Positions 12,231-26,108 of a DNA stretch of 64,000 nt are shown here, one piece after another. This DNA comes from Callorhinchus milii. Its lineage: Eukaryota. The notes beneath the pieces were generated by a model that did no database searches, was not told where the DNA came from, and was given only the letters and a program-made list of their open reading frames with translations. Each line of letters begins with the position of its first letter. Position 1 is the first letter of the stretch. The position numbers and the translations under genes are program-made. The DNA lies in assembly GCF_018977255.1 (NCBI RefSeq), contig NW_024704743.1, positions 51,896,001 to 51,960,000 on the forward strand, read 5' to 3'.

Positions 12231-13164
12231 TTAGACACATATCAGCACAGGTGAATACCTAGCAAGGCTTGCAGTTTGAACATTGCAGAATATTAGGATA
12301 TTCTGTGTGACTTTAAACAAACAGATGCGTATTTGGAATATGCACAGTTTTTAGTAACTGTTTTTCTCCCAAAAGGGAAATAGGAGATGTTATAAAATAA
12401 TAATTGCAATGGTCCACCAATGATATAAACTTCCCTTAATTGTATTAGTGGCTTGATAAACACGTTCTGCGACGTGCTTTTCAATTGTGTTCTGACATTC
12501 AATGTGGCTAGGAATGACATTCTAGGAGTGATATTATCCCTAAATCCAACATAATAATTGAGTGTATTCATTAATATGAAATCAAAAAATGTATTTGTCA
12601 TAAGAATATCTATCACTTAAATTGTTTTACAGTACATCAATTTGACAGGCTGACAGTGCCCACATTTCAGAGATAAATTACTTGCACCTATATTCTGAAA
12701 GGACATCAGGCACTGATTATGATTATAGATTCAGAGATTGAAAATCAGTAAGAAAAGTTTGTGTGATTTGCATTTAAAGTTGCCCACTTATAGCTGGTCA
12801 CACCTCCTCACAAGGTAAGTTACCTTTATGCCAGTGTCACTCTGCTTTCACTTCCATGCTATTTGTCTGCATCAACTATGGGTACATTAGAGGTAGAATA
12901 AGCACAATAGACGTTTTATTTCCTCATGGTGGGGAGTTAAACTAGTTGTATAAGTGAGAACCATTGAAACTCCTCGTGCACGTGGTTGTTAGCTAATATT
13001 GTGACACAAAACGTAGACCAGAAAGGTGAAGATGAATCAGAACAGACTGCTGCCGCAATCATATAGTTTTCAGAGTTTTCAACTTTTGAACGCAAATCAC
13101 AGTTATATAATAACATCTGCAACAAGCCAATAATATAATAATCCTTGCATTTGATATAGCGACT

Positions 13165-13483
13165 TATAATATAATAATATAATCCTTGCATTTGTTATAG
13201 CGCTTTTCAGGTCTTCTAGATGTCCCAAAGCGCTTCACAGAATATACTATAAAGTGAATGACCGTATATTTGTGGGCGAAAAACGGCAGCCAATTGGGCA
13301 CAGCAGTGTCCCACAAATAGTCGTGGATTGAAAATGACAAATTTATTATTGTTTTGTTTTTGGAGGGATTATTATTAGGCATGTGGAGTAAGGAAACTTG
13401 CCCAAGGTTTCGCCCTGCCTGGAATTGAACCCAGGTGTCTCGCTTGCAAGGAAAGCGCTCTAACCACTGCGTTACAGGACTCC
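13165..13483 (-). mobile_element. SINE2-1_CM-like, short form, full length
   Basis: Near-identical to 29492-29812 and 30950-31267. Confidence 0.95.
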
Positions 13484-13494
13484 ACATAATGTCA

Positions 13495-13853
13495 ACATGT
13501 CTCAAAGCACTTCACAAATTGTTTTTCCTGCAAAGTATAATAACTATATATTTATTAAGCATATGTGGCAGCCAATCCCCAATAGCTTTGAAATGAATGA
13601 TTGACTTTCTAATCAGGTGATTGTGGCCAAGACACTGGGAAAAAGTGCCTTCTCTTTCCAGAGTGCCACAGGATCTTTAACATCCACCTGAACAGGCAGA
13701 GGGAAGTTAGGTTTAATCTCTCCTCTGAAGGATGGCAGCACATCCCCAGCATTGCAGTTAGCCTAGACTATGAGCTCAATGTTTTGATGAGAGGCTTGGT
13801 CCAATAACATTCTGACTCAGTGCAAGAGTGCGACCAACTGAGCCAGGCTGACA
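13495..13853 (-). mobile_element. Deu-domain SINE abutting the previous SINE
   Basis: ggatctttaacatccacctgaacaggcag..accaactgagccaggctgacac. Confidence 0.85.
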
Positions 13854-14246
13854 CTATTTTATGGTCTATACATTTTGATCCAAAATATCTCTTCCCTCCT
13901 ATTCAGGAAGTTTTATGATGGAACATCATCTTAGACATCAATGCCCAGCATAATTGGTTGTCATATATTGGATTCTATGATAGTATATGAGAATGAGCTG
14001 ATGTGGGAATGCTATGCATTCATTCATCTAATGTTAATCAAATCGACACAGTTTGAGAATTGCACATACCCAATAATTGGCACTCCTTATAAACCTCGAA
14101 CAATTTTCAATCATTCAATAAAAAGCAATGAACAGCATATTGATTAAATGCTCTTTGTACTCAACTCTGCTCAATGTGCTCAGTGCTCACCTGTGTGAGC
14201 AAGTTTTAGAACATTGTTTTTTGCTCAAATGGAATGCACAGGGCAA

Positions 14247-14440
14247 ATAATAATAATAATAATCCTTCCATTTGATATAGCACCTTATCACGTCTTCTAG
14301 ACATCTCAAAGAGCTTCACAGGATCTACTGTTAAGTAAATCGACCGTATATTTTGTGGGCGAAACGTGGCAGCCAATTGTGGACAGCAGTGTCCCACAAA
14401 CAGTCATGGATTAAAGTGACCAATTTATTATTATTATTTT
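14247..14440 (-). mobile_element. SINE2-1_CM-like 3' half
   Basis: Shared tail and body. Confidence 0.9.
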
Positions 14441-16059
14441 TTTCTCCTTCTTGATTCCCTGTACATAATCTAACTCAACTGGAGAACATGAAACAGTAGA
14501 TTCCATCTTTATTCTTCTTAATACAACACATTATTTCAATGTTACTCATTTCTGCCCTCTATAACTTGTCATTGCATATTGTTGTGGCGCAATGCCCAAT
14601 AAAAGTGATAGGATCGAATAGGATTAAAGCTGTCTGTACAACATGCATGACATAATCCTAAAAGATCTCCAATGTACACAACATAATCTTAAGAGATTTG
14701 CAATGTAAATTACTTAATCTTGTGGGAATTCAGATGCTTTTTATCCGGTGAAAGAATCAAACTTGTTGTTGAAATTCTTTGGTCATCTACAAGTTCAGCT
14801 ACTTATCTGTGAGACAATATTCCTTTTGTCAGAGAAGAAACTCTTCTTCTGTAAACTAAAATGAATTTATACAACACCCCTTTGTTTCCCATTCACAAAG
14901 TTGGTTGTTTTTGGTAGGAGCATTTTGAGATGTCCTGAATCCTCCTCCTTTGAGACATCTTCTGACATGACATATGGAGTGGGGGGTGGGGGGGTGGGGA
15001 AAGGCGTGAAGCACGGTGGAACATCCTCCTGACATGAAAGATACTACACCAAATCAAGGATTATAACATTTGCTATCTTGGTAAAGCCAATTTATTTGAA
15101 ACTTTCTAAATTCAACAATGTTCATTAATCCAAATGTTCAAGTGGCATTAAATAGCAATTGCTATTGCTTCAAAGAAAGCTATATAACTTCTGATCAAGG
15201 ATGAATTTTAATCAGTTGATATTGGAAGTCAAGGTTTTTATTTTAATGTCAACAAAGGTTGTAGAAATACAAAGGATGTCTTTACCATCATCGAAAATTT
15301 CTTACATACAGCTGCAGCCTATGTGTATTTTTTAACAACCTATTTTTGCATGGAATCTAGTCCTTGAAGCATTGCCTAATAGTTTGAAAAGCAAGTTATT
15401 CTTTGCATTGGCAATGATACCCACTGATATTAGAGAGCTCAAGCAACCTGGTAGACAAACTAAGCAATACATGGATATTGTGAAGTTATTTTTTGCAGCA
15501 ATATTGCTCAAAAAGGATATCAGGGAAAGTTAACTTTTGTTAAGTTAACTTAATTGTAAAGGTCATCAGCACAAGAGCTCTGGTCTGGGATTCTGGGAGG
15601 CACTGAGGGGCACAACCTCATCAAATTTATTTTTCAGAAATGTTAAAAAGCTGCTCCCATTGACAAATGCTTACTTAATGGGGACAGTTATTGGGGACTT
15701 TACACCAGGTACAAAATGGAAAGATGGTAAAGGAAAAGCAGAGAGAGTGTGTGTGTGAGAAAGAGAGAGAGAAATCAAAGTAAAAAAGAATAAAAAGATA
15801 CGATGAAAGAGCAGGGAATTGAGATGGGAGTAAATGGTTCTAGTGGTGTAGCAAGCACTGGAATGGGCTGGAGGGCAAAATAAACTTCCTTCTCCATCAT
15901 AAACCCTACAATTCTTAAAATGCTGCACAAATTCTGTCTAGACAGATTAATAGTGAGAATAAAGGTAAACTGTGGCTACATGTTGTTGAAAAGCTACAAA
16001 AGATCTTTACCCCACCCAACTCCGTCCAATATAGTCGTTGTACTGCATATTAGAATACA

Positions 16060-16505
16060 TAGTAATGATCCTTGCATTTGATATGGAGCCTTACCACGGC
16101 AGCAAGTCATTTCACAAGAATTACTGTTCAGTGTAGTTATTGTATTTTGTAGGTGAACATTGCAGCCAATTTGCACAGTGTCTCACAGAAACATGCATGA
16201 AATGAATGAACAATTATAAAATAATCCTTGCATTTGATATAGCGCCTTATCATGTCTTTGCGACGTCTCTGTGGGATTATTGACCAGGACACTGGGAGAA
16301 ACTCCCTTTTCTAGTTAAATTGTGCCATGGGATCTTTAATGCATCCCTGAACAGGACCTAGACCAAAGGAAAGAACTTCTGATAATGTAGCACTCTGCAT
16401 TGGAGTGCCAGTCTAGACTGTGAGCTCAGAGTCCCAATGTGGGGCTTGAACCCATAACCTTCTGACTCAGAGGTGAGAGTGCTACCAACTGAGCCAGCCT
16501 GACAC
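16060..16505 (-). mobile_element. Deu-domain SINE, full length, with nested young SINE tail (16219-16269)
   Basis: Best-preserved head (rc gtgtcaggctggctcagttggtagcactctcacctctgagtcagaagg); a second ataatccttgcatttgatatagcgcc lies inside. Confidence 0.9.
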
Positions 16506-17225
16506 CTACATCCAAATTTGTGGAAGTGAAACAAATGGGCGTTGTGAAAATTGTGATATTTTAGTATCCAAAGGAATTCTTTCTAGACTGACAAAGGAAC
16601 ACTGTCTCGCTGTTAAGTGGAGGTGACTTAAACATTTCAACAGCTCGCTGGGGTCATTCAGCAAATAAAATATGTCTGAATCCCACAAGGTTAAGTTATT
16701 TATGCTGCAAATCTCTTATGTTTTGTGTACATTGTGCGTGCTTACTTAAGTACAACGCAGAGCTCACTGTGCTTATTACACACACTACCTCTCACATACC
16801 AGATACAAGAGAAAATGAAAAAGAGGTGTACTGTAAGAGAGTGTTACATTACATAGCAAAGTACAGAACCACAGCTTAACCCCCAGACTCACATGAAACT
16901 AGTTAAGCAGGCATTAGGGACTTCTTAATTGGAAAGTCTTTAGGCTCAATACTAGTTAGCAAAATTAGAGACAGACATGACTCTAATATAGCCAAGATGG
17001 AAAAATAAAACCCTCTAAAAAACGGTCTAATGTATGTGAAAACAATATCCTAATAGAAATTACCAATTTACTAATACTCCTGTCCCATTTTCCAAGAATC
17101 ACTTCAAATTCATGTTATGTCAAAGTGCTTCTTTGACACATCTTTGACACAGTAAGCCTGAAATTCCACCCATTCTTAGCTTGTTAAGACTAGATCATTT
17201 TGCCTTACAATTTAAGATCACTCAG

Positions 17226-17332
17226 AATTGTGGAAACATTTTTAATTCAATTTTAATTTGGAAGCTGAGTTTCTGCAGACAAAAAAAGAACTAGCTTCCA
17301 AATTAAGGCTGAATTGAAGAAAGTTACACAAA
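17226..17332. mobile_element. Palindromic MITE-like element (copy 1)
   Basis: Arms of about 45 bp with a perfect 14-bp core, ttaatttggaagct/agcttccaaattaa. Confidence 0.7.
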
Positions 17333-17894
17333 TCTGCCCAACCTTACATTTTAAACTCACTCCATGACTGTTTGTAGGACATTTCTATTTGCAAATTATT
17401 TTCATTTTCACTCCCTTCTTAATTTACGCATTTCTGGCCTATACACTGGACCTTGTTTGGGAGGAGATGTGGATGTGGATGTACGCTTCTCAGTTGGCCA
17501 GAAAAAAGACCAGCATGAGCAATCCAGTGCGCTTCACTTTCAGTTTCTTCCCCTGTGTAGAAATTGTTTCTGCTACATGGCAGTGGCTCAGAGCCCTACC
17601 CTGCCATACTCAGTGACTTTCGATAGGAGGAATGGCAGGAGTGAACCTGCCACTTGTGACAAATAGAGCACCAGTGGCAGTACTCGGTGTCTTGGGGAAA
17701 ACATTGAAAGCCTAAAACAATAATCTATACGAATATTCAGAAGCAATCAAACAGAGGATGCAGGCACCCATTTGGACCTATTTATGCTCAATACCATCAC
17801 AAAACACATGCAGTCACTATACAGTATATCCAGTGAAGTGCTTTGCGACATCCTCTCAGCAAGAAAAGCCTTGTAGCAAATATATGACTGATTA

Positions 17895-17945
17895 TTATCA
17901 TTATTCATTATTACTATTATTATTACTATTATTATTATTATTATT
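17895..17945 (+). repeat. (TAT)n microsatellite at the end of a SINE tail fragment (about 17810-17945)
   Basis: Direct reading of the sequence. Confidence 0.85.
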
Positions 17946-18719
17946 AAGTACTTTGTGTACTCCAGGGCCAATAAAATCCTAAATCAAAATAAAAGTGGAT
18001 CCCTAGCATTATAACCTGGAACTCACAATAAACTGACAAAACTTCCCTATTCATTTATTTTGTTGTTAATTTTCTACCCAATCTCCTCTCCTGAACACAT
18101 TCACATCACCAGAACCCACTATCTCTTATTTAACAAAAGAGGAAATCACAGCCACATTCGATCCTGTTGTCACCCAACAGTCACTGGATAACAATCACAC
18201 AACTTGAACTGGTAACCTTGGCAGATGGGGGGGTGGAGGCATGTGGGTTACTTTCCCTAACCTACAGAATATGGGATTTTGTATGTTAAGGGAAATTTTA
18301 ACAGAAGGAATCCCGTTAAGAGATGATGTACATTTAAACCTAAGTAACAAACATATCAGGTGAACATTTTATAGCTGATTGGGTAGACACAATCCGCTGA
18401 GAGAGAAGATATGCAAGTTCATAGATATATGAATCCCTGAATCCATAATGTTATCGCAAAGCAACATGCAGTTTAACTGCACTACTAGGAGCTACATCTC
18501 TTTCCCTCTTCCTGTAAAAATAATAAAGGGTTTGTGTAAGGAATTGACTGGGGGTTGGGGGTGAGGTTGGCAGAGGGTACAGATGTACACTGAAGGTGGA
18601 TAGTGTGAGCAGTTTTGAGAGGAAATTAAATGGGGTAATTTAATTATGAAGGAAATTGGGAGAGATAGTATTTGAAAATGAGACCAGATGGAATATGATG
18701 GAGTTTGTTGGTCAAATGT

Positions 18720-18960
18720 CTGTAATCAGGTGGACTATTCAAAATGAGAAGGGAGTTTTTCCCCTTTTTCCTGGCCATCAATCCCCCAGATTAAATTGGT
18801 CATTCACGTCAAGCCTGAAAAAGCTGTTTGTGGGATATTGTTGTGCCCAAGTTGACTGCTGTGTTCATCAACAAAATATACAGTCACTATATTTTACAAT
18901 CCTGAGCCATTTTGATGACATGATTAGGGCCTATAACAAATGGAAGGGTTATTATTTTAT
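18720..18960 (+). mobile_element. Deu-domain SINE 3' part
   Basis: gagaagggagtttt..cctggcca..aattggtcattcac..ctgtttgtggga. Confidence 0.75.
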
Positions 18961-19729
18961 TCCTAGCATTCTCAAGATAGATCCCAGCCGGCATCCAACC
19001 ATTTTATACCTATTTAGAAGGGAACAAAATGCACGCAGGTTAAATGCACGCAAGTTACATGTGCATCCCATCTTTAGTTAATAATACAGGAGCATCTGCA
19101 TGTTTATATTCACATTGTGCTCTTTCAATACCTACACTTGGACTGGTGTACTATTTTGATTTGCGCATCATTTGGGTTTAAGGGGCCATGTTCAAATTGC
19201 TTAAAACCAGTCTTTTCTAAGGGAGAATGTTCAATCAAGCTTGAGAAACGGAAAATATACTATGGGTGTTATAAATGAATGATGGATGAATGCTAACTTC
19301 TCAGGATTCATACAATAGACCACACTGTGGAATGCTGCTTAACTTCCTGACTGCAAGTTGTTGTTGTTGACTCCCCAGCTTCACCCCAAAAGCACTATTT
19401 ACCAAGCAGACAGGAGTGGATCTATAATAATGTCAGTACTATTTGAAGCTGTAACTTTTAATTTGTAGCATTGGCCTTTAAGCATTTAATTGCAGATGTT
19501 CACAGTTATACGCTACTGATTAATTATACATGAATTTATCCCAAAGTGCATTTCTGTGCTTGTTGGACTGTGTGCAGTTTCTGGGTAGTCACAGACACGG
19601 CTGCTAAAGAGTTCACTTAAAGCTCCTCTTTATAAATCCACTCCAACACCAGGCACATCAGTGGGAAAAAATAAAAATTCCCCAATCCACTGCTGGAATT
19701 TTATTCCTTGTCTGTTGCATTTAGCAAAA

Positions 19730-19935
19730 AAAAATTCCATTTATTTTATTGCCACAGAAAATCAAGGGATAAAAGTGACAGGCCGCCAAATGCACGAGAG
19801 TGCGTCCAGTAAAGTATCCCTGACAGCACAGGAGAACTGAGCCCGGGACAGCACAGCTGGATCTCAACATTAATTCCTTAATAATTAATGCTTCATCTGT
19901 TAATAATTAATGGTGAGTTGATAAGTAATGGTCTG
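19730..19935. promoter_or_regulatory. Candidate conserved enhancer-like block
   Basis: Unique sequence with retained CpGs, two TGACAG (TALE-type) sites and two TAATAATTAATG homeobox-type sites; conservation not tested. Confidence 0.3.
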
Positions 19936-20169
19936 GCTGCCATATCACTTGATTGTAAATATAGTAAGTTGCCTGGAAATCTTCCTCTGCTTTCTTCCGT
20001 CTGGAGTGAACACAAAGGAGAAAGAACAGGAAGAATTGACAAAGCCAAAGTGAAGAGTCATTCTCACCTCCTGGCAGATGCAATGGCCGTGCACACACAA
20101 GAGGCAATTTACAACAATCTTGTTTCTCACATTAACCTTGCTTGACTCTTGTTTTAGCACAAACAAAAT

Positions 20170-20485
20170 ACTCAGTAGAACGTGATGCTACACTGTAGAA
20201 GGTGCCATCCTTCAGGTGAGATATTAAACCAAAGTCCCAACATGTGGACGTTAAATATCCCATGATAATATTCAAAAAGAGAAAAGAGTTTCTCCCAGTA
20301 CAGTGTCCTGGCCAACAATTCTCCAAATAAAATTGGTCATTCACTTTACGGCTGTTTGGGAGACATTGCTGTTTGCAAATTCATTGCTTCAGTGATCTAT
20401 AAAAACACAGTTAATGCACACAGAAAAAAATTGTGAAGCTCTTTAGATAAGGTGTTCTGTGAAACGTAATATTATTAATAATAAC
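20170..20485 (+). mobile_element. Deu-domain SINE, 5' truncated
   Basis: ggtgccatccttcaggtgagatattaaacc..gtgtcctggccaacaat. Confidence 0.8.
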
Positions 20486-21439
20486 AATAAGAGGGTACAG
20501 GTCTGTATTCCAGGTATCATTTTTACATTGTTAATTTACTTACGGATACATCTGTGAGGCTAACATATTTTGTAATTCAATGCAACTAAAACCCCTTAAG
20601 ATTAGCAAACATGAGTTGATCTGAAATTGCGCTGTTACACTACTGTTGTATATAAATGTGTTAAAATTCCCAGTTTTCCACCCTAGACACAATGGTATCT
20701 TAATCCACATCAAATCTGAATTGAAGTATTATAAACTTGAACTACAGCTGGATGAAATTAAATGAATTAAAAAGAGTACATTAGATTTTATGGAAGTGCA
20801 AAAAGCCTAAATAGCTTGTTTTGTATACATGTACACATACATATTCTCCTGTCTCATTTCAAATTTAGAGATATTGTATTATGTGATGCCTACTGAGAAA
20901 AAATAACTGTTCTATCATTTTTTAAAATGATTTGCATCAATTTGGAGTCAATTTCCTAAATTCGACAAGCAGCTAGTGAATTCATAGTTCCTTGGCCTAA
21001 TTCAATAATAGGAAGTGTCAAAGTCTAGATTCTTCAAAATGAATGAACATGATGAAATCACAGCAGAAATTCAAATTGGAAGCCAAACATCTTAATTGTA
21101 TCAGATTACGAAACAAGGCTATGAAAGTCTAGAGAAAGATGTCCAACATTGAGAGCCTTTCAAATTGGTTTTGACACAATGTATATGCCACCTGTGAAAG
21201 AGGAATACTTTAAGGCAGTTACCACAAGTTTGAGACATACACAACGTATTTCTCTACACAGAGTTTAATCAGCAACTCATATAGGTGACCAAGAAGTGCA
21301 ATAGAGGCCAGACACTCTTTACTGTATTCATTAAAGGAATAGCTTGTTGCTGTAATAGATAGATGGTAGAGTTAGTATACTGAATGGAGGAAGGGGCTTC
21401 TTTATCTAAAGCACTCTGTGATCTTGGCTCCCAGGTCCC

Positions 21440-21838
21440 TAGAGAATTAAATTCAAGATCTTCATGCTCAATTTTAAATTCCACCACGGTCTTGCCTATC
21501 TCTGCGACTTTCTTATACCCTAGCAACACTCACGCTCCCTCCACTTGGCAGGCGCTGGCCTGCTTTGTGACCCCCGCTTGTCTGCCCCATCGTTGGTGAT
21601 TAAGCTTTCAGCACTACCTGCCCCAATCTCTGGAACTCCACCCCTTCGCTTTGCCCCTTGCCTCGCCTCCTTCAATGTCCAACTCAAGACCTTCCTCATT
21701 GACCGTGCCTCTGTCGTCTTTGCCTCTGGCTTCTGTTATCTTTCCACCCCCTTCTGAATCCAAACTCTCAGCTCCCAGTACCTTGGGACATCCTCTCCAC
21801 GTAAAAGGGCACAATATAAATGCAATTTGTTGTTGTTG
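21440..21838 (+). mobile_element. L2 3' end with (GTT)n tail
   Basis: aaattcaagatcttcatgctc..ctctggaactcc..ccttgggacatcctctccacgtaaaagggcac..tgttgttgttg. Confidence 0.85.
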
Positions 21839-21874
21839 ATCTTATGAAGCATTACTACTGTAATAGTATTTCAG

Positions 21875-22200
21875 TTAGGCTCAATTAGTAGCCATTTCAA
21901 TTATACATCAGAAGATTGAAACTCCAGCTTGGGATTGAAGATCATGGTCTGAACGGATACTCCAGTATATTACTGGGAGTGCTGTAACTATTGGACGTGC
22001 TGTTCTTTGGATGAGAGAGTAACTGAGGTTCCAATTGCCTGTTCCAAGGCACGTTAAAAATCCTTTGACACTTTTTGAAATCAGAAAGGAGTTTCCCCTG
22101 GTGCCCTGGCAAACAATCCTTTAGATAAATTGATTATTCACGTTATAGCTGTTTGTGCGACTTTGCTGTTTACAAATTTGTTCTTGTGTTTTTCTTAAAA
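21875..22200 (+). mobile_element. Deu-domain SINE, diverged
   Basis: ggctcaattagtagc head; gcctgttcc..aaaaatcc..ggagtttcccctggtgccctggc. Confidence 0.7.
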
Positions 22201-22379
22201 AAACCAGTCAGCACACGTGTCAACAATTACTTTTGAAGTGAGAAGAAATGCCAGTACTGGCTAGAGTGTCAACCTAAACTCTGATCTCAGACACTGACAT
22301 GGAACTTCAAACCACAACAATGATCTAGAGGTGAGATTTCTACCAAGGCAAACCACAGGACTCATTTTACCCTAATTGT

Positions 22380-22745
22380 ATTTGAGTCCCATTTGTTTTC
22401 CTTTGCCAATTTCCTCCCCATCCCCGTTTGACACCTTTTACCGACTACTGAGTTGCCTTTCTAAGATTGGCTGCAACTCGCTCAAGTAGCCATTATTGAT
22501 GTTTGAGCATTGATACTGATTATCAGTGACTAAGCCTAATCAGATCGCTGCTCAACGTCCACATATATGCACCTCCAGCAAGGGTCACCAAACAGGGATT
22601 AGAAGTGGGAGCTCTGTCTGATTTCCATCTCTCTAACTGGGATAGTAAGATCACTGTAGTGGTCATCAGACCACAAATTAAATCTGGAACTTTCCTTGTC
22701 TGTAAAATTCAGTTACTCACTGGATAAACTCACTGTGCAACCGTA
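22380..22745 (-). mobile_element. Ancient tRNA-headed SINE (third family)
   Basis: caagtagccatt..ccagcaagggtcac..ctgatttccatctctctaac..tctggaactttcc; similar to 62190-62400, 18060-18270 and 50915-51150. Confidence 0.55.
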
Positions 22746-23484
22746 AAACTGTATTTGATCTTTTATCTAAGTCTATCAAATGTATTGCCCCAAGCTTTAG
22801 CAGCAGTTGTATAAGAATACACGATGTTTATCCTAACCTTTTATAAGCTACTTAAGACTTTACTACTGGTGGATTTTGAATTTAATCTTAATTCAGCACA
22901 TAAAGACAGTATTCTACACAAAGCGATCACCTGTTCACAATTTTGTATACATGGGAGAACAAGCCAGTGATTTTCATCTCAGACACAGCTCAATGTGGTG
23001 CTCAGTGTGACAAACCTATCCAGAACAGATAAAGAGAATGCTCACAGCTACATAGCTGATACACTGAGGTCGAAAGTAGTATATTGGCAAACTAGATTTG
23101 AGCCTCCAGTTGTGACCTCCAGTTTCTGAGATTCACAACAAAATTCAAAAAGCATAAATTGCAATTTGCAAAGCTGGCAAGTAAAATGTTGTCCGTTTCT
23201 GACAGATGTTTTGTTTGTTGTCTTTTATTCAAACTTTGGTGGCGTGAGAATCAAGATTTGCAGTTTGTGCGCATTACACTGCAAAACTTGCGATCTGATA
23301 TTCATCAACCAGAAGGGCATTTAGCTGCCAGAATCTATTTCCAACCTCCATTGTTTCCTGCTTCCACTGTTAAGTGAATAGGGACGCTACCCTGCATGGA
23401 GGGCACTATATAAGTACAAGTTGTTGTTGTTGCTTAACTATAGCATTTTATAGCATAATGGGATTCAATTGCATCAACATCATC

Positions 23485-23820
23485 AACAGCAACAGCCTGC
23501 ATTTATATAGCACCATCACATCGGTAGCATCTCGGAACACCTAACAGTAGTGTGGCTCTATGCAAAGCTGGAAAGAGGGGTGGGGCACTGACCGAAGACA
23601 TGGTCAAAGAGGAATGCCTTCAGGAACGTTTTCAAAGAAGGGGAAGAGGGAAAGATTAAGGCAAGGAGTTCCAGAGAATCAGAACTGGAATTAGTGGCTG
23701 AAAGCACGACCACCAATGTAGAGCAGAGGGGACGAGGAACATGCAAGATACCAGTGATAGCTGAGCAAAGTCAACGGGTAGAGGTATGGGCTGTGAACAG
23801 ATTGGAGAAGTAGGGTAGGC
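23485..23820 (-). mobile_element. L2 3' fragment
   Basis: ORF reads PSLKTFLKAFLFDHVFG (L2 ORF2 end); caacagcaacagcctgcatttatatagcacc tail. Confidence 0.85.
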
Positions 23821-24984
23821 AAATCTAAAGTAACAGTTTTTGTTTCCTGTGTTTTTCTATACAAAAAGTAAAATGCTTACACATGTATCATATGTATGCA
23901 TAAACCAATTATTCAAAATCAGTTTCAGTCTTTAGTTTAAATATTGCCCACTCAGCTAAATATTTCATTATAGGTCAGTTTACTGATCTCAACTGGTAGC
24001 TTCTAACAATCTCCATTGCTATGGGACAATCAGCCGATGCAAGAGTTAGGGATGTAAAATTGGAAGAATTCATTGCTTCATAACTTTGTGTTCTTCTTTC
24101 TCTATCCTTTAGAGATAGCAACCTGAATTCAGACATGTAAATGCTTGCGCAGAGACAATGCAGCACAGGATTCAGCCTCCATTTATTTCAACAACAACTT
24201 GCACTTATATAGCAACCCCCCAGAGCTAACTTATTTCTGCTAAGATCTATTATTCACATAACGCACTCAGATGTAGGAAAGTTTTGGGGCCCAGCAATGC
24301 CCTGTGAAAAGGAAGGAACTGTGATCTCTTCAGTGCATTATACTGGTATTTTATCAACCCAATTTGTTACAAAATGTTTTTTATGCCTCACCATTAGTTT
24401 CTGGCAATTGTTTCATGCATATCTCCATGGCAAACAGAATTAACTCATATAAATCTGACATTAATTTGAAAAATCAGGAGTTACGGAACTAAAGGAATTA
24501 TTATCAGTTATCCCTGAGGTTGTTTTATGACTTGGCTTCAGAACAGAGACACACCTGACAGATGTGTGTGTAATACCTGTTTTGAACCTGCAAATTCCTG
24601 TTTAAAATCAAAGCTAGGCTCCAAGGAATTTAAGACAAAAACTACAAAACACGTTTGCGTCTGTTAAGATTTACTAAGTTCTTAGGCAAGATGTCAGCCT
24701 TTAAGCATGGGATTAACATTTTCTAGTTCTCTCAGAGAATAGTTATCTCTTTACTTGGGGGCAAGTTCCACAAGATAATCTTACCAAAACAATAAGCTGT
24801 AATTCATGAAATGCTTTAAACATAAAATACATCATTTCAATACATCACTGTTGAAAGTTACCAAACCAAATGTTGCATTACTTTTCAGATATCAAGTGAA
24901 TGTTTCCCATTGATCTTCAAAAGCTAATAATCCAATGTTATAATTTGTGCTGTAATATTTCATTTTTGCTGATGTCTCATCATA

Positions 24985-25320
24985 CTTGCATTGGTATAGT
25001 GCCTTATCACGTTGGAAGGACATCTCAATATGCTTTAGAGGATTTTATTGAGAAATGGAATGAGTGCATTTGTAGACAAATGTAGCAGCACAATTTCACA
25101 CAGCAATGTCTCACAAACACCCATGAGATGAATGATCAATTTTATTTTCCGGCATTGTTAGCCAGGATACCAAGAAAAACTCCTTGGTGGATGTCTCAAA
25201 ATGCCTAACAATGCTGGGTATGGCACTTGAGCTGAGGGTGAGAGTAGAGTAGGATGGGGAGGGAAAAGATGATCAAAAGCATGGTCAAAGAGGTGTGTTT
25301 TGAGACATGCCCTGAATCTG
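24985..25320 (-). mobile_element. Deu-SINE 3' part followed by an L2 3' fragment
   Basis: SINE tail and body to about 25180; ORF FRACLKTHLFDHAF at 25260-25320. Confidence 0.7.
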
Positions 25321-26108
25321 CATTGATGTGAGACCTTGCTGGCGCAAATGACTGTTGTGTTTTCTTTTATTTGTATAAAATACAATCACTATACTTGATA
25401 GTAATTACCTGCAAAGATCTTATTGATGTGATAAATCACTAAGAAAAGGTAAATTTTTTCTTTGATCATCGATAAATTTACCAATCATTGGAGAATCAGA
25501 CCAAGGTTAGTGAAAATACTGATGACAACAGAATCACCCATGGAATTAACTGTACTACTGACACTTGTCATGTCATCACATGTTGGTTGGCAGGCTTTTG
25601 AAAATGCATTAAGACTGACAAACTTCACACATCTCATTGCAGTGTTAATGACCATTTCCCAGATATTGATTCACTGGGATTACAGAGCTCAGTCAGTTAT
25701 ATAAGGCTACACTTTCTAGTTCAACCAAATACAAAAGATTATTGAGCATTTGCCTGTGTCTAACTTGCAACAAAGTGCTGTCACCATGGACGTGTTACAG
25801 CTGGGCACATTGAAACTTCTTATGCAGCTAAACCTCTTTTGCAGAAGAGAGCAGTATGGAAAAGTATCACTGTTATTTTAAGAGGTACTATTATAGACGT
25901 TTTTAATCCCTCTGCCTTGCCTGTCTTGAGATCACCTCTTTGATCATGTCTACAGATACCTCGCCTCTCCCCCTGGCTCACCACTGAGCCACTACACCAC
26001 GTGAAGGGAGTTATCAAAGTACAAGTTGTTGTTGTGATGGCCTCTATCATGTGGATTCTATAAAGAAAATAAGGGGGAGCAAATTGTGATATTGTACAAT
26101 AGATTCAT

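Noticed and set aside
13164..13505. Recurring ORFs such as WSPVxQWLE..NLGQVSLLH (also 29760, 31053, 44378)
   Set aside because: Translations of SINE copies, not a protein family.
19027..19056. 15-bp tandem repeat aaatgcacgcaRgtt x2 (also small duplications at 17141, 47037 and 62820)
   Set aside because: Ordinary slippage duplications.
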